From: an uncultured Chlamydiales bacterium
Lineage (GTDB): Bacteria > Chlamydiota > Chlamydiia > Chlamydiales > Rhabdochlamydiaceae
NCBI GenBank assembly: GCA_963700985.1
Contig: OY969554.1
Span: forward strand, 928,001 to 992,000
DNA length: 64,000 bases
Direction: 5' to 3'
Of this stretch, positions 39,271 to 50,417 are shown piece after piece. The translations under genes and the position numbers were made by a program. The notes below the pieces were generated by a model, which had not been told where the DNA came from, did no database searches, and saw nothing but the letters and a program-made list of their open reading frames with translations. Position 1 is the first letter of the stretch. Each line of letters begins with the position of its first letter.

Positions 39271-42144
39271 TTGGCCAAGAATTTAAAGCTGAATATTAAA
39301 AACGCCCAACTTGCTGAAGCATTAAAGCTCGGCAAAGTGAAAAAGGCACCAGCGGCTGCTCCCAAAAAAAAGGAAGCTGAGCCTGCAGTCCCTCCTGCCC
39401 CTATTATAGAGGATGCTGCGCCGAAAAAAGCGCGTGCGAAAGAGGTTGTGGCAGAGGCTCCGGAAAAACAAGAAGCGCCAAAGCTTGAACCCAAGTCTGA
39501 ACCAAGATCTGAATTAAGGCATGAACCGAAGCAAGACAAGTTCGAGCCAGAAACTAAGCCTCAAGCTCCTGAAAAAGCGCATTTTGAAGCTGAGGCCGAA
39601 ACGCCTGCAGCCACGCCACGTTCTGAAAAACCCCAAGTTCCTGCTGACAAACGCGTACCTTTAGAAAGAGCCCAAGAATATAGAGACTCGCGCGATGAGC
39701 GACCTGCTTTTAGACGCTCTTCTCCTCCACAGCAACAAGGAAGCAGACCTCCATATTCCTCACCACAACAAGGTGGAAGGCCTCCCTATCGCCCTCCTTA
39801 TAGACCTGGTGCACCTGGCCAGTCTAATGCCCCGAGTTCTGGTGGTTATCAAGGTAATAATCCGCGTCCTAGCACAGGCGGCTATCAAGGCAACAATCCA
39901 AGACCTAGCACTGGTGGTTATCAGGGCAGCAATCCAAGACCTGGTTATCAAGGTGGTGGCGGCTATCAAGGCAACAATCCAAGACCTAGCACCGGTGGTT
40001 ATCAAGGCAGCAATCCACGCCCTGGCTATCAAGGCCCAAGACCTAGTACGGGCGGCTACCAAGGTGGCGCACCAAGAAGAGAATTCAGCCTACCCGGCCA
40101 AGTTAGAAGACCTCCTCCTGGCGCAGATGTGCCAGGTCAAGCTAAGCCTGGTGCAGCTCCCGCAAGATCTCGACCTGAAAGTGGCGAAGCTCCGCGTAAA
40201 CCTGGCTTCAAAGAATTCCGCGATGTTAAGCCGCAAAAGCGTGTAGAATCTCATCGTGCATTTGACTCTAGAGATAGACAAGGCCTACGCGTTTCTGACG
40301 ATGAAGCTTGGCGCAAGAAAAGACCTGCGCAAAAAATGCGTTCCAGCGCCATGGAAGAGATGGTCATCCGTCCTAAAGAGCTGAGCGTACGCATTCCTAT
40401 TAGCATCAAAGATCTAGCTATGGCGATGAAGCTGAAAGCTTCGCAGCTTCTAGCGAAACTGCTAATGCAAGGCGCTGTCTTAACTCTTAATGATTTTCTT
40501 GATGATGAGACTACGATTCAACTTCTCGGTCACGAATTTGACTGCGAAATTAAGATCGATCGTACCGAAGAAGACCGCATTCGCGTCACTGATAAGACGA
40601 TTAAACAAGAGATCCAGGAAACTTCTGCTGCCACTCTTATTTTACGTCCTCCAGTCGTTACGTTTATGGGCCACGTCGACCACGGTAAAACAAGTCTAAT
40701 TGATAAAATTCGCTCAACCAATATTGCCAGCGGTGAAGCTGGAGCTATTACCCAGCACATCGGCGCCTTCAAGTGCCACACGGCTGTGGGTGATATCGCT
40801 ATTTTAGATACGCCTGGTCACGAAGCCTTTTCTGCAATGCGTACACGCGGCGCTGATGTCACAGACATCATCGTTCTCGTCATCGCCGGCGACGAAGGTA
40901 TGCGCGCTCAGACACTCGAAGCGATCGAGCAAGCTCAAAAAGCCACAGTTCCAATCGTTGTAGCCCTCAATAAAAGCGATAAACCGAACTTCAATGCTGA
41001 AACGGTCTATCGCCAACTCGCTGATAATAACCTCCTGCCGGAAGCCTGGGGTGGTACGACCATTACAGTAAACTGCTCTGCGCACACTGGCGAAGGAATT
41101 AAAGAGCTGCTTGAAATGTTAGCTCTACAAGCTGAAATCTTAGAATTAAAAGCTAATCCGCATTCTAGAGCTCGCGGCACCGTAATCGAATCTGAGATGC
41201 ACAAAGGCATGGGCCCTGTAGCTACTCTGCTCGTTCAAAACGGCACACTCCGTTTAGGCGATGCATTAGTCTTTGGTCAAAATTGGGCACGCATTAAGAC
41301 AATGCATGATGAAAAAGGCAAGGAGCTAACCGAAGCTGGTCCTTCTACGCCTGTGAAAATCACTGGCCTATCTGGCCTTCCAGATGCCGGCAGCGAATTT
41401 ATCGTTGTAAAGAACGAAAAAGAAGCTCAGGAAGTCTCTTACGAACGCGCCTTAGGCAAGAAAAGTTTGCAACAAGCCAAACGCGCACCAATCGAAGCTC
41501 TTATGCAGCAGAATGGATCGAAACAAGAGAGAAAGACACTCAATCTTATCTTACGTGCCGACGTTCAAGGCTCGCTGGATGCGCTTAAAACTTCGATCCT
41601 TAAAATTGTTTCTGAGAAAGTAAGCATCAACATCATCTCTGCTGATGTTGGAGAAATTTCTGAATCAGATATTCAATTGGCATCTGCATCGAAAGCACCG
41701 ATTCTCGGTTTTCATACACAGATTGAAAGCCATGCAGATCGCCTGATTAAAGCGACAAAGGTTGTGGTTAAACTTCACGATGTTATCTACCACGCTGTGG
41801 ATGATATCAAAGCCCTCATGTTGGGAATGCTGGATAAAATCCCGCAAGAAAACGATACAGGCTCGGCTGAAGTTAGAACCACCTTTAAAGCTTCTCAGCT
41901 CGGCGTAATTGCGGGCTGCCATGTGATTGATGGAACCATTCGACGCAATAACCATGTGCGCGTCTTGCGCGATAAACAAGTTATTTGGAAGGGAGCAATT
42001 TCTTCACTGCGCCGTATTAAAGAAGACGTACGTGAAGTCAGCAAAGGTTTTGAGTGCGGTATCGTTCTGCAGAACTTCAATGAAGTCAAAGAAGGCGATA
42101 TTTTGCAGGCTTATGAGATTACCTACCTGCAGCAGGAGCTCTAA
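39271..42144 (+). CDS. infB: Translation initiation factor IF-2
   Basis: [23 protein letters not shown] start. Confidence 0.99.
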   Translation: MAKNLKLNIKNAQLAEALKLGKVKKAPAAAPKKKEAEPAVPPAPIIEDAAPKKARAKEVVAEAPEKQEAPKLEPKSEPRSELRHEPKQDKFEPETKPQAPEKAHFEAEAETPAATPRSEKPQVPADKRVPLERAQEYRDSRDERPAFRRSSPPQQQGSRPPYSSPQQGGRPPYRPPYRPGAPGQSNAPSSGGYQGNNPRPSTGGYQGNNPRPSTGGYQGSNPRPGYQGGGGYQGNNPRPSTGGYQGSNPRPGYQGPRPSTGGYQGGAPRREFSLPGQVRRPPPGADVPGQAKPGAAPARSRPESGEAPRKPGFKEFRDVKPQKRVESHRAFDSRDRQGLRVSDDEAWRKKRPAQKMRSSAMEEMVIRPKELSVRIPISIKDLAMAMKLKASQLLAKLLMQGAVLTLNDFLDDETTIQLLGHEFDCEIKIDRTEEDRIRVTDKTIKQEIQETSAATLILRPPVVTFMGHVDHGKTSLIDKIRSTNIASGEAGAITQHIGAFKCHTAVGDIAILDTPGHEAFSAMRTRGADVTDIIVLVIAGDEGMRAQTLEAIEQAQKATVPIVVALNKSDKPNFNAETVYRQLADNNLLPEAWGGTTITVNCSAHTGEGIKELLEMLALQAEILELKANPHSRARGTVIESEMHKGMGPVATLLVQNGTLRLGDALVFGQNWARIKTMHDEKGKELTEAGPSTPVKITGLSGLPDAGSEFIVVKNEKEAQEVSYERALGKKSLQQAKRAPIEALMQQNGSKQERKTLNLILRADVQGSLDALKTSILKIVSEKVSINIISADVGEISESDIQLASASKAPILGFHTQIESHADRLIKATKVVVKLHDVIYHAVDDIKALMLGMLDKIPQENDTGSAEVRTTFKASQLGVIAGCHVIDGTIRRNNHVRVLRDKQVIWKGAISSLRRIKEDVREVSKGFECGIVLQNFNEVKEGDILQAYEITYLQQEL
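39841..40068 (+). repeat. Tandem [12 protein letters not shown]-type repeats in the IF-2 N-terminus
   Basis: Eight GYQG units; 36-bp basic period. Confidence 0.95.
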
Positions 42145-42146
42145 GC

Positions 42147-42542
42147 TTGGCCAAAAAACGTATTGAACGTCTTAATTCTCTTTTAAAAGAGGTGCTCTCC
42201 GAGGTTATCCGCAAAGATGTGCGCGATCCCCGGTTATCCCCTCTTTTTAGCATTACACGTGTGGATATCACCTCAGATTTGCAACACGCCAAGGTTTATA
42301 TCAGCGTGATTGGCACGCCTCATCAAAAAGAAGAAACGATCATAGCTCTTCAATCTGCCGCAGGTTTTATCGCAATCACCTCTTCAAAAAAAGTTGTGAT
42401 GCGTTATTTCCCCGCTTTGAACTTTAAACTCGATCAATCCTTGGAAGAGCAGCTGCGCATTGAAGAAGTGCTCGGGCAGATCAACCAGGAGAAAAGAGCT
42501 AGAAAAGTTCCTCCGACAGAAGAAGAGGCTCCTGATGCATGA
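42147..42542 (+). CDS. rbfA: Ribosome-binding factor A
   Basis: VRDPRL, DLQHAKVYIS, synteny. Confidence 0.97.
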   Translation: MAKKRIERLNSLLKEVLSEVIRKDVRDPRLSPLFSITRVDITSDLQHAKVYISVIGTPHQKEETIIALQSAAGFIAITSSKKVVMRYFPALNFKLDQSLEEQLRIEEVLGQINQEKRARKVPPTEEEAPDA

Positions 42543-43212
42543 CCTCAGCGGCATTCTGCTTGTCGATAAACCCAAAGGCAGAACTTCATTTAGCCTCATC
42601 CCCTTTTTAAGAAAGCTCTCTGGCCTTCAAACCATTGGCCACGCGGGCACGCTCGATCCTTTTGCAACAGGGGTAATGGTCATCCTATTGGGCAAGCCCT
42701 TTACCAAGTTATCAGATCAATTCCTCTCAAATGATAAAGAGTATATAGCTCAAGTTCGTCTTGGCATCGCCACCGATTCTTTCGACTGCGACGGAAAAGA
42801 GATATCTAATTCCGAGAAGATCCCCACAAGGGAAGAGATCGAAGAGAGCCTTAAAAAATTCCAAGGCACCATCCTGCAAACTCCTCCGATGTTTTCTGCT
42901 AAAAAGGTAAAAGGCAAAAAACTCTATGAGCTCGCGCGAAAAGGCATAGAGATCGAAAGACAGCCGGTCGAGGTCACTCTTTCTACGCGTCTTTTAGATT
43001 ACAACTACCCTCTTTTAGATCTCGCTATTACCTGCTCGAAGGGCACATATATCCGTTCGATTGCAGATGAGCTCGGTAAAGCTCTAGGCTGCTTTGGTCA
43101 TCTATCGGCCTTAATTCGCACCCGCAGCGGCACTTTTCACCTCCGTGACTGCCTCTCTTGGGACAAGATTTCAGCGCCAGGCTTTGATCTGCAAAGCAGC
43201 TTGAGAAGGTAG
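42535..43212 (+). CDS. truB: tRNA pseudouridine(55) synthase
   Basis: GHAGTLDPFATG, CSKGTYIRS; ATG at 42535. Confidence 0.97.
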   Translation: MHDLSGILLVDKPKGRTSFSLIPFLRKLSGLQTIGHAGTLDPFATGVMVILLGKPFTKLSDQFLSNDKEYIAQVRLGIATDSFDCDGKEISNSEKIPTREEIEESLKKFQGTILQTPPMFSAKKVKGKKLYELARKGIEIERQPVEVTLSTRLLDYNYPLLDLAITCSKGTYIRSIADELGKALGCFGHLSALIRTRSGTFHLRDCLSWDKISAPGFDLQSSLRR

Positions 43213-43215
43213 CTT

Positions 43216-43800
43216 ATGCTAGTAATTGAAGATCTACAGAAAGTCCCAGAGCTCTCCCGTCCTATTGCACTTTCGATCGGCAACTTCGCCGGCGTGCATC
43301 GCGGACATCAACAACTACTTAATCGACTAAGAGAAAGAGCTACAGATAAAGGCACAACGGTCGTGCTCACTTTCAGCAACCATCCGCTAGAGGTGCTTAC
43401 GGGTAGAACACCAGCAGCCGAGATCTGTTCATCTGAGCAAAAACTAAAACTTTTAGAAAAAGCCAAAGTCGATCTGGTGCTCCATCTTAAATTCACACCA
43501 GAGCTCGCCAAAGAGCCCTTTGATCTCTTTCTTAGGCAGATAAAAGAAAAGGTTCCGTTTTCGTTTCTCATCCTTGGCCAGGGAGCAACTTTTGGAAAAG
43601 GAAAAAAAGGCGATGAAACCCATGTTAAAGCTTTAGAAAAAGAACTGGATTTTCAAGCTGAGTATCTCCCTAAAACAGAGATGGATGGCCGCGCAATTTC
43701 CTCTGGGTGGATCCGCGAAGAGATAGAAAAAGGCAACTTAAGCCAAGTAGAAAAGCTGCTCGGCCGATCATATGATATGCAAATTTATAAAAAGGTATAA
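43216..43800 (+). CDS. ribF: FAD synthetase (FMN adenylyltransferase domain only)
   Basis: IGNFAGVHRGHQ, ISS, LLGR; ends before the kinase domain. Confidence 0.85.
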   Translation: MLVIEDLQKVPELSRPIALSIGNFAGVHRGHQQLLNRLRERATDKGTTVVLTFSNHPLEVLTGRTPAAEICSSEQKLKLLEKAKVDLVLHLKFTPELAKEPFDLFLRQIKEKVPFSFLILGQGATFGKGKKGDETHVKALEKELDFQAEYLPKTEMDGRAISSGWIREEIEKGNLSQVEKLLGRSYDMQIYKKV

Positions 43801-43802
43801 CC

Positions 43803-44897
43803 ATGGCAGAACTCTCTTGTGGCATCGTAGGTCTTCCGAATGTTGGTAAGTCCACACTTTTTAATGCGCTTACGCGAAAAGGCGCACCTGCGGCTAACTA
43901 CCCTTTTTGTACAATCGATCCCAACGTGGGTATTGTGGATGTAGACGATCCGCGCCTGGCGATTTTATCCGCCATCTCCGGCAGCAAAAAGCTCGTCTAC
44001 GCTACCATGACTTTCGTCGATATTGCAGGTCTAGTAGAAGGCGCTTCACAAGGAGCTGGATTGGGCAATAAGTTTTTAGCCAATATCCGTGAAGCAGACG
44101 CCGTGCTTCATGTCGTGCGCTGCTTTGAAGATGAGGATGTGATCCACGTAGAAGGATGCATCGATCCCCTCGATGATATCGCTGTGATCAATCTGGAACT
44201 GATCCTTTCTGATATGCAGATGGTCAATAACGTACTGCAAAAATTAGAAAAACAGTTAAAAGCTAAAAAAGATCTCCAGCCAATTTATGAAACACTTCAA
44301 AAAGCCCAACGCCATCTCAACGAAAGTTTGCCGCTTAGAAGTCTAGATCTGAACGAAGAAGAAAAAGAGCATTTACGTGCCTATCCCTTTTTAACAGACA
44401 AAAAAGTGTTGTATGCCACCAACGTAGCTGAAGATTCTCTCCCCTCAATGGAGAATGCCTATGTTGAAAAGGTGCGTGACTATGCACATAAAGAAGGCAA
44501 TCGCATAATTCCCGTCTGTGCAAAACTCGAAGAAGAGGTCACACAGCTATCCAATGCCGAAGCGGTAGAGTTCTTACAAACATTAGGCTTAAAAGAGACC
44601 GGCCTTAATCGCCTGATCAAAGCCTCATTTGAGACGCTCGATCTCATCACTTTCCTTACCACCGGAGAGATGGAGACGCGTGCGTGGACGATTAAAAAAG
44701 GCATGTCAGCCCAAGAAGCCGCTGGCAAGATCCACACCGACATTCAAAAAGGCTTTATCCGCGCGGAAGTCGTCTCTTACGAAGATTTTGTGAAATACAA
44801 TGGTAGAGTTGGCGCACGTGATGCTGGAAAAGCCCGCTCGGAAGGCAGAGAGTATATCGTGCAAGATGGCGATGTAATCCTCTTCTTCCACAACTAA
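43803..44897 (+). CDS. ychF: Redox-regulated ATPase YchF
   Basis: [22 protein letters not shown]. Confidence 0.98.
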   Translation: MAELSCGIVGLPNVGKSTLFNALTRKGAPAANYPFCTIDPNVGIVDVDDPRLAILSAISGSKKLVYATMTFVDIAGLVEGASQGAGLGNKFLANIREADAVLHVVRCFEDEDVIHVEGCIDPLDDIAVINLELILSDMQMVNNVLQKLEKQLKAKKDLQPIYETLQKAQRHLNESLPLRSLDLNEEEKEHLRAYPFLTDKKVLYATNVAEDSLPSMENAYVEKVRDYAHKEGNRIIPVCAKLEEEVTQLSNAEAVEFLQTLGLKETGLNRLIKASFETLDLITFLTTGEMETRAWTIKKGMSAQEAAGKIHTDIQKGFIRAEVVSYEDFVKYNGRVGARDAGKARSEGREYIVQDGDVILFFHN

Positions 44898-44921
44898 TTA
44901 AAAAAAGCGGAGAATAGATTC

Positions 44922-46049
44922 TTGCAAAACCTGCTGTTTGTCACCACCACTCGCTTTCTTCAACCTATGCTCATAAAAGAGTTGCAAGAGATGGGTGTGC
45001 CCAGTATTCGCCAGGGCCTAGCGGGCGTCTTCATTCCTAGAGAAATGCACTGGGTCTATAAGATCAACTACTGCTCGCGCTTTGCCACACGCGTGCTTTG
45101 GCCCTTTGCACACTTTCGTTGCGAAAATCGCGACGATCTTTACCACAACACATATAATATAAGTTGGCCTGATATCTTCGCTTTGAACGAAACTTTTGCC
45201 ATCGATTCTAATGTGACCAGCGATACGCTACGCCATAGTCTTTTTGCCGCCCAGGTGATGAAAGATGCGATCTGCGATCGTTTCCGTAAAGAGTGCAACG
45301 GCCGCCCTTTCGTGCAAGTTGACAACCCAGATGTGCAGTTCAATCTTTTTATTCACGAAGGCATCGCTACTTTGAGCCTCGACACTTCAGGTGCACCTTT
45401 ATTTAAACGCGGATGGCGCAAACAAACCGGCGACGCTCCTTTGCAAGAATCGGTAGCCGCAGGGTTGCTCGATCTAGCGAATTTCTCGGCAGATGAGATC
45501 CTTTGTGATCCCTTCTGTGGAAGCGGCACCATCCTCATCGAAGCCGCTTTTAAACTCACGCGTACACCGCCAGGCTTCTGTCGTAATACCTGGGGATTTT
45601 TCAAACATCCCGAGTTTGAAGAAGATGAGTGGAAGGCTGTAAAAGAAGAAGCCGATAAAGCGATCTTGCCTATGCCGAAAGAAATTCTGTTTGGATCAGA
45701 TAAAGATCCGATGGCCATCGAAATGTGTCAGAACAATTTGCGTAATGCTGGCTTTGAAGATGCAATTACTTTGGATTGCAAAGACATTCGCTCCTATTTC
45801 CCTGAAAAGGCTCCAACCTTAATTCTTTCCAACCCTCCTTTTGGTAAACGCCTCAAAAGTTCAAACGAACTCTATCAAGCTCTTGGCCACTTCATAAAGA
45901 CAAGATGTACAAAGAGCTGCCGAGCGAGTATCCTATGTCCTGATGAAGCTCTTATCCAGAGCGCTGAGCTCCCTATTTCCGGTAAAGTACCACTCACTGC
46001 TGGCGGCCTCGATCTCTTTCTGTTCAATTTGACCGCAGAAAAAAAATAA
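44922..46049 (+). CDS. THUMP-domain RNA methyltransferase (RlmL-like)
   Basis: LFKRGWR, APLQES, DPFCGSGTI, NPPFG. Confidence 0.9.
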   Translation: MQNLLFVTTTRFLQPMLIKELQEMGVPSIRQGLAGVFIPREMHWVYKINYCSRFATRVLWPFAHFRCENRDDLYHNTYNISWPDIFALNETFAIDSNVTSDTLRHSLFAAQVMKDAICDRFRKECNGRPFVQVDNPDVQFNLFIHEGIATLSLDTSGAPLFKRGWRKQTGDAPLQESVAAGLLDLANFSADEILCDPFCGSGTILIEAAFKLTRTPPGFCRNTWGFFKHPEFEEDEWKAVKEEADKAILPMPKEILFGSDKDPMAIEMCQNNLRNAGFEDAITLDCKDIRSYFPEKAPTLILSNPPFGKRLKSSNELYQALGHFIKTRCTKSCRASILCPDEALIQSAELPISGKVPLTAGGLDLFLFNLTAEKK

Positions 46050-46182
46050 TAGGATAGACAGGATTCCATTAATTTTCTTTCTCCCTCGGTGTTCTCTGTG
46101 ATCTCTGTGGTTTGATTCTTCATCTTTCTTCAGCTATACTGAGCACACGAACCGATTAGTTGAAATTTTATAGGCTTCTCGA

Positions 46183-47259
46183 ATGGCAGAAAAAAGTGAA
46201 AAGGCGACCCCGAAGAAGCTGCGCGATGCGCGCAAAAAGGGTCAGGTTGCAAAAGCCCAAGATTTTCCTTCTGCCCTCACCTTCATCGTTTCAATTGCTG
46301 CTACAATCTTATCTGGCAGTTATCTCTATGAGCAACTTTCGACCTATCTCATTAGCACCTTTAAGCGTTCTGCCACAGAAATCGATCTAGCTAATCGCGC
46401 AGGCAGCTACCTTTCTGAAGCCATCACCGTGATTATGAACTGCACCTGGCCTGTGCTTGTAATCACTGTTTGCGTGGGCGTAATGACCAATTTTCTATTA
46501 GTAGGACCGATGTTTTCGGCTGAAGCACTCAAGCCCGATCTCGATCGTCTCAATCCGGTCACAAACCTCAAGAACCTTTTTAAATTTAAAACTTTATTCG
46601 AATTAATCAAATCGATCCTGAAGATCACAGGCGCAATTATCCTCATCTATAGTGTTGTTTCGAACAGCTTAGGTGACATCATCTCTACGGCCGGCATGCC
46701 ACTTTCAGGCATTTTGGCCGTATTTAATAACTTTCTCTTTAAGGTGATTATCCGTGTGGGGATTTTCTTTTTAGCCGTGGCGGTAGCCGACCTCGTTTTC
46801 CAGAGACGCAACTTCGCTAAAGAGATGCGCATGGAAAAATTTGAGGTTAAGCAGGAATTTAAAGATACGGAGGGCGATCCTCATATTAAGAGCAAACGCA
46901 AACAGCAAGCGCAAGAGCTCGCCTATCAAGAAGGACCTGGAGCCGCACGCAGAGCCCGTGCAATTATTACAAATCCGATTCACATTGCTGTCGCAATAGA
47001 ATATGATGAAGAAAAAGAACCGGCACCTAAGATCATAACAATGGGTCAAGGCCCCATTGCAGATCGCATCGTCAAAGTAGGCCAAGAGAACAATATCCCG
47101 ATCATGCGGAACGTTCCACTTGCACATACTCTTTTCGAAAAAGGCAAAATCGGCGAGTATGTACCTGAGGAAACCTATCAAGCGATAGCAGAGATCCTCA
47201 GATGGTTGAAAGGCATCGAAGCCCCCGAAGCGTTGGAACGAGAACTATTTAATAAATAA
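46183..47259 (+). CDS. sctU: T3SS export apparatus switch protein SctU/CdsU
   Basis: EKATPKKLRDARKKGQV, EGDPHIK, NPIH autocleavage-site variant. Confidence 0.96.
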   Translation: MAEKSEKATPKKLRDARKKGQVAKAQDFPSALTFIVSIAATILSGSYLYEQLSTYLISTFKRSATEIDLANRAGSYLSEAITVIMNCTWPVLVITVCVGVMTNFLLVGPMFSAEALKPDLDRLNPVTNLKNLFKFKTLFELIKSILKITGAIILIYSVVSNSLGDIISTAGMPLSGILAVFNNFLFKVIIRVGIFFLAVAVADLVFQRRNFAKEMRMEKFEVKQEFKDTEGDPHIKSKRKQQAQELAYQEGPGAARRARAIITNPIHIAVAIEYDEEKEPAPKIITMGQGPIADRIVKVGQENNIPIMRNVPLAHTLFEKGKIGEYVPEETYQAIAEILRWLKGIEAPEALERELFNK

Positions 47260-47263
47260 CTAA

Positions 47264-49396
47264 ATGAAAAATTTCATCGCGAACCTCTCTAAAACACTTG
47301 GTGGGACAAAACTCCTCGCCATCATTGGGCGCTCAAGCGATATCATCTTAGCCTTCTTCATCATCATCATTATCATGGTGATCATTATCCCAGTATCGCC
47401 CAACGTACTGGATAACCTAATTGCTCTTAACCTCACCGTCTCGATCGCACTGTTGATGGTGGCACTTTACATCCCGAAAGCCGTTAACCTTTCGATGTTT
47501 CCCTCTCTTCTTCTAATCACTACCCTCTTTCGATTGGGAATTGAGATCGCAGCAACTAAACAGATTCTTTTGCACGCTTACGCCGGTCATATCATCTTGG
47601 CCTTTGGTAATTTCGTCGTTGGGGGAAATTTCGTTGTCGGCGGTATCGTCTTCTTAATTATCACGATCGTTCAGTTTATCGTTGTAACCAAGGGTGCCGA
47701 GCGCGTCGCTGAAGTTGCCGCGCGTTTTACCCTCGATGCGATGCCAGGAAAACAGATGAGTATCGATGCGGATATGCGCAGCGGTGTCATCGATGCCACC
47801 CAAGCCCGAGAACTACGCCTATCTCTAACTAAAGAGAGCCAACTCTACGGAGCCATGGACGGCGCGATGAAGTTCGTTAAAGGGGACGTCATTGCAGGTA
47901 TCGTGATCGCTGTGATCAACATCGTTGGAGGCTTGATCATCGGGGTTGCTATGCACGGCATGACCGCGATGAAGGCAGCACAAGTTTATACACTGCTTTC
48001 TATCGGCGGTGGCCTAGTCACCCAGATTCCTTCCCTGCTCATCTCGCTCACTGCCGGTATCGTTACCACGCGCGTCTCTTCGGATAAAAAAGATTCAAAC
48101 CTCGGTAAAGAGATCTCTGATCAGCTCCTCGGGCAGCCGAAAGCGATCATGATCGCAGCTGGCGTGCTTTTTTCCATGGCATGGATCCCTGGCTTTCCCC
48201 GCACCATCTTCGTACTTCTTGGGCTCGCATTAGGCGTTGCAGGAACGTATACCTGGTATAAAACTAAAACCAAGGCCGCCAAGAGCGCAGCCGGTATCGG
48301 TGGCACACGTGTGGAGACAGACGTCGAAGGTCACGCCGTAGTAAGAGGCCCGGCCGACGAGTATGCCTTAACATTACCAGTTATTTTAGAAGTTGGAAAA
48401 AACTTATCCCTTCTGATCAAAAAAGACCGTCAAGGCTTGACCTTTGTCGAAGAGATGATCCCTAAAATGCGCCATGCACTTTATCAAGATTTAGGCGTGC
48501 GCTTCCCCGGAGTACACGTACGCACCGACTCTCCTACACTTGAAGCCGATGAATATGCCATTTCATTGAACGAAGTTCCGATCGTCCGCGGCAAAATTCT
48601 CGAAGGCTACCTACTTACCAACGAATCGCCTGAAAACCTGCGCCGTTATAATTTACCATTTACAACAACCAAAAGCACCACCGGTCAACCTTCGCTTTGG
48701 GTCGATAGCAAATATCAAGAGATCTTGCAAAAAGCTGGCATCAAATTCTGGCGCCCACTCGATGTCATGATTTTGCACCTCTCTTTCTTCTATAAGCAGT
48801 ATGCTGCCGAATTTATTGGTATCCAAGAGGTACGCGGAATCTTAGAATTCGTCGAAAAATCCTATCCAGATCTCGTAAAAGAGGTCACGCGTCTTGTGCC
48901 ACTTCAGAAGTTAACAGAAATTTTCAGACGCCTTGTACAAGAGCAAGTTTCGATTAAAGATCTCCGAACCATTATGGAAGCGTTAAGCGAATGGGCCCAG
49001 ACAGAAAAAGACACCGTGCTTCTAACTGAATACGTGCGCTCTTCTCTTAAAAGATATATCAGCTACAAGTACTCCCAAGGCCAGTCAATTCTCTCTGTTT
49101 ATCTTATGGATCCTGAAATCGAAGACATGGTGCGCGGAGCGATTAAACAGACCTCAGCCGGTTCCTACTTGGCGCTAGATCCCGATTCAGTGCAGCTGAT
49201 TTTGCATTCAATGCGCTCAACGATTGTCCCCACACCTGCCGGTGGTCAGCCTCCTGTGCTCCTTACTGCAATTGACGTACGCCGATTTGTGCGCAAGCTC
49301 ATCGAAGGCGAATTCCCCGAGCTCGCTGTCGTCTCCTATCAAGAGATCGTCCCCGAAATCCGCATTCAGCCTCTTGGCCGCATTCAGCTCACATAA
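47264..49396 (+). CDS. sctV: T3SS export gate SctV/CdsV (LcrD)
   Basis: FHIPEP motif AEVAARFTLDAMPGKQMSID. Confidence 0.98.
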   Translation: MKNFIANLSKTLGGTKLLAIIGRSSDIILAFFIIIIIMVIIIPVSPNVLDNLIALNLTVSIALLMVALYIPKAVNLSMFPSLLLITTLFRLGIEIAATKQILLHAYAGHIILAFGNFVVGGNFVVGGIVFLIITIVQFIVVTKGAERVAEVAARFTLDAMPGKQMSIDADMRSGVIDATQARELRLSLTKESQLYGAMDGAMKFVKGDVIAGIVIAVINIVGGLIIGVAMHGMTAMKAAQVYTLLSIGGGLVTQIPSLLISLTAGIVTTRVSSDKKDSNLGKEISDQLLGQPKAIMIAAGVLFSMAWIPGFPRTIFVLLGLALGVAGTYTWYKTKTKAAKSAAGIGGTRVETDVEGHAVVRGPADEYALTLPVILEVGKNLSLLIKKDRQGLTFVEEMIPKMRHALYQDLGVRFPGVHVRTDSPTLEADEYAISLNEVPIVRGKILEGYLLTNESPENLRRYNLPFTTTKSTTGQPSLWVDSKYQEILQKAGIKFWRPLDVMILHLSFFYKQYAAEFIGIQEVRGILEFVEKSYPDLVKEVTRLVPLQKLTEIFRRLVQEQVSIKDLRTIMEALSEWAQTEKDTVLLTEYVRSSLKRYISYKYSQGQSILSVYLMDPEIEDMVRGAIKQTSAGSYLALDPDSVQLILHSMRSTIVPTPAGGQPPVLLTAIDVRRFVRKLIEGEFPELAVVSYQEIVPEIRIQPLGRIQLT

Positions 49397-49467
49397 TTTA
49401 AGTCTTCGATCTTTGGCGTTTTCAAAATAATTGAAAGCTCTCTATAAGAAAGAAAAGACGAGGGATT

Positions 49468-50328
49468 ATGTCGCGCCATCTCGGTTGGATCGGTTTGTTT
49501 ATTCTTTCAATGCTGTTTTTTGCAGTAACCTATGCACTCTATAAAGCTTGCGAACCGTTTCTGCCCAATACGTTAATTCTATTTTTCCAGAATCTTTGCA
49601 GCTTGATCATCATTAGCCCCTTCGCCTTAAAAGGTGGAAAAAAAGCTCTTGTCACCTCCAAACTGCCTCTGATCGCGCTCAGATCCCTATTCGGCCTAAT
49701 CGGAGTCTATTTATTAACACTTGCACTGAAAACTGTTAACCTTTCTGAGGTCGTTCTTCTAAATAATAGCGCCCCTCTTTATATCCCCCTGATCGTCTGG
49801 CTCTGGCATAAGGAAAAGATTTCATACAAACTCTGGATTGGCCTAATCATCGGCTTCTTGGGAATATTCATCATCTTAAGACCAGGTTTTGATTCGCTCC
49901 AAGCAGGTCTAATTTTTGGGTTTTTCTCAGGGATTGCAACCGCATTTATGTTTGTAGTTGTCCGCCAAATTGCACAAGAGCCTTTCTTAAGAATCCTATT
50001 CTATTACTTCTTATTCTTCTGTCTGGTGTTAAGCCCCTTCCTTTGGTTTCACTGGGCTTTGCCCCCTCCCATTGTCTGGCTCTACATTATTCTAGCTGCC
50101 ATCACGATGATCGGGGCCCAGACGTGCATGACAATTGCGTTGCGCCATGCCACTGCTCACGAAACCTCACCTTTCATTTATACAAGCGTAATTTTTGCCG
50201 GTTTAATCGATTGGATCTTCTGGAATATTAAACCTGATTACATTTCTGGAATCGGCATGGTTGTCGTGATCATCGGATGCGTTGTCACCCTTCTTATCAC
50301 CCACAAGGGCAACACAAAGAAAATATGA
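49468..50328 (+). CDS. DMT/EamA family transporter
   Basis: About 10 TM helices in two EamA-like halves. Confidence 0.9.
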   Translation: MSRHLGWIGLFILSMLFFAVTYALYKACEPFLPNTLILFFQNLCSLIIISPFALKGGKKALVTSKLPLIALRSLFGLIGVYLLTLALKTVNLSEVVLLNNSAPLYIPLIVWLWHKEKISYKLWIGLIIGFLGIFIILRPGFDSLQAGLIFGFFSGIATAFMFVVVRQIAQEPFLRILFYYFLFFCLVLSPFLWFHWALPPPIVWLYIILAAITMIGAQTCMTIALRHATAHETSPFIYTSVIFAGLIDWIFWNIKPDYISGIGMVVVIIGCVVTLLITHKGNTKKI

Positions 50329-50417
50329 GAGTTGCTCTTCTTAAAGTTATTGCCTTTACTATTTAATCGAGCAGCGATAAATCAAGGATTGATAAGAGGG
50401 TGTCCAAAGAGCTAGCT

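Noticed and set aside
39841-40068. Possible CRISPR array (36-bp period)
   Set aside because: In-frame coding repeats with no unique spacers and no cas genes.
39695-40246. Alternative-frame repetitive ORFs over infB
   Set aside because: They are by-products of the IF-2 tandem repeat.
46972-46983. SctU NPIH instead of NPTH as a sign of inactivation
   Set aside because: The Asn-Pro is retained, and this motif is known to vary in chlamydiae.
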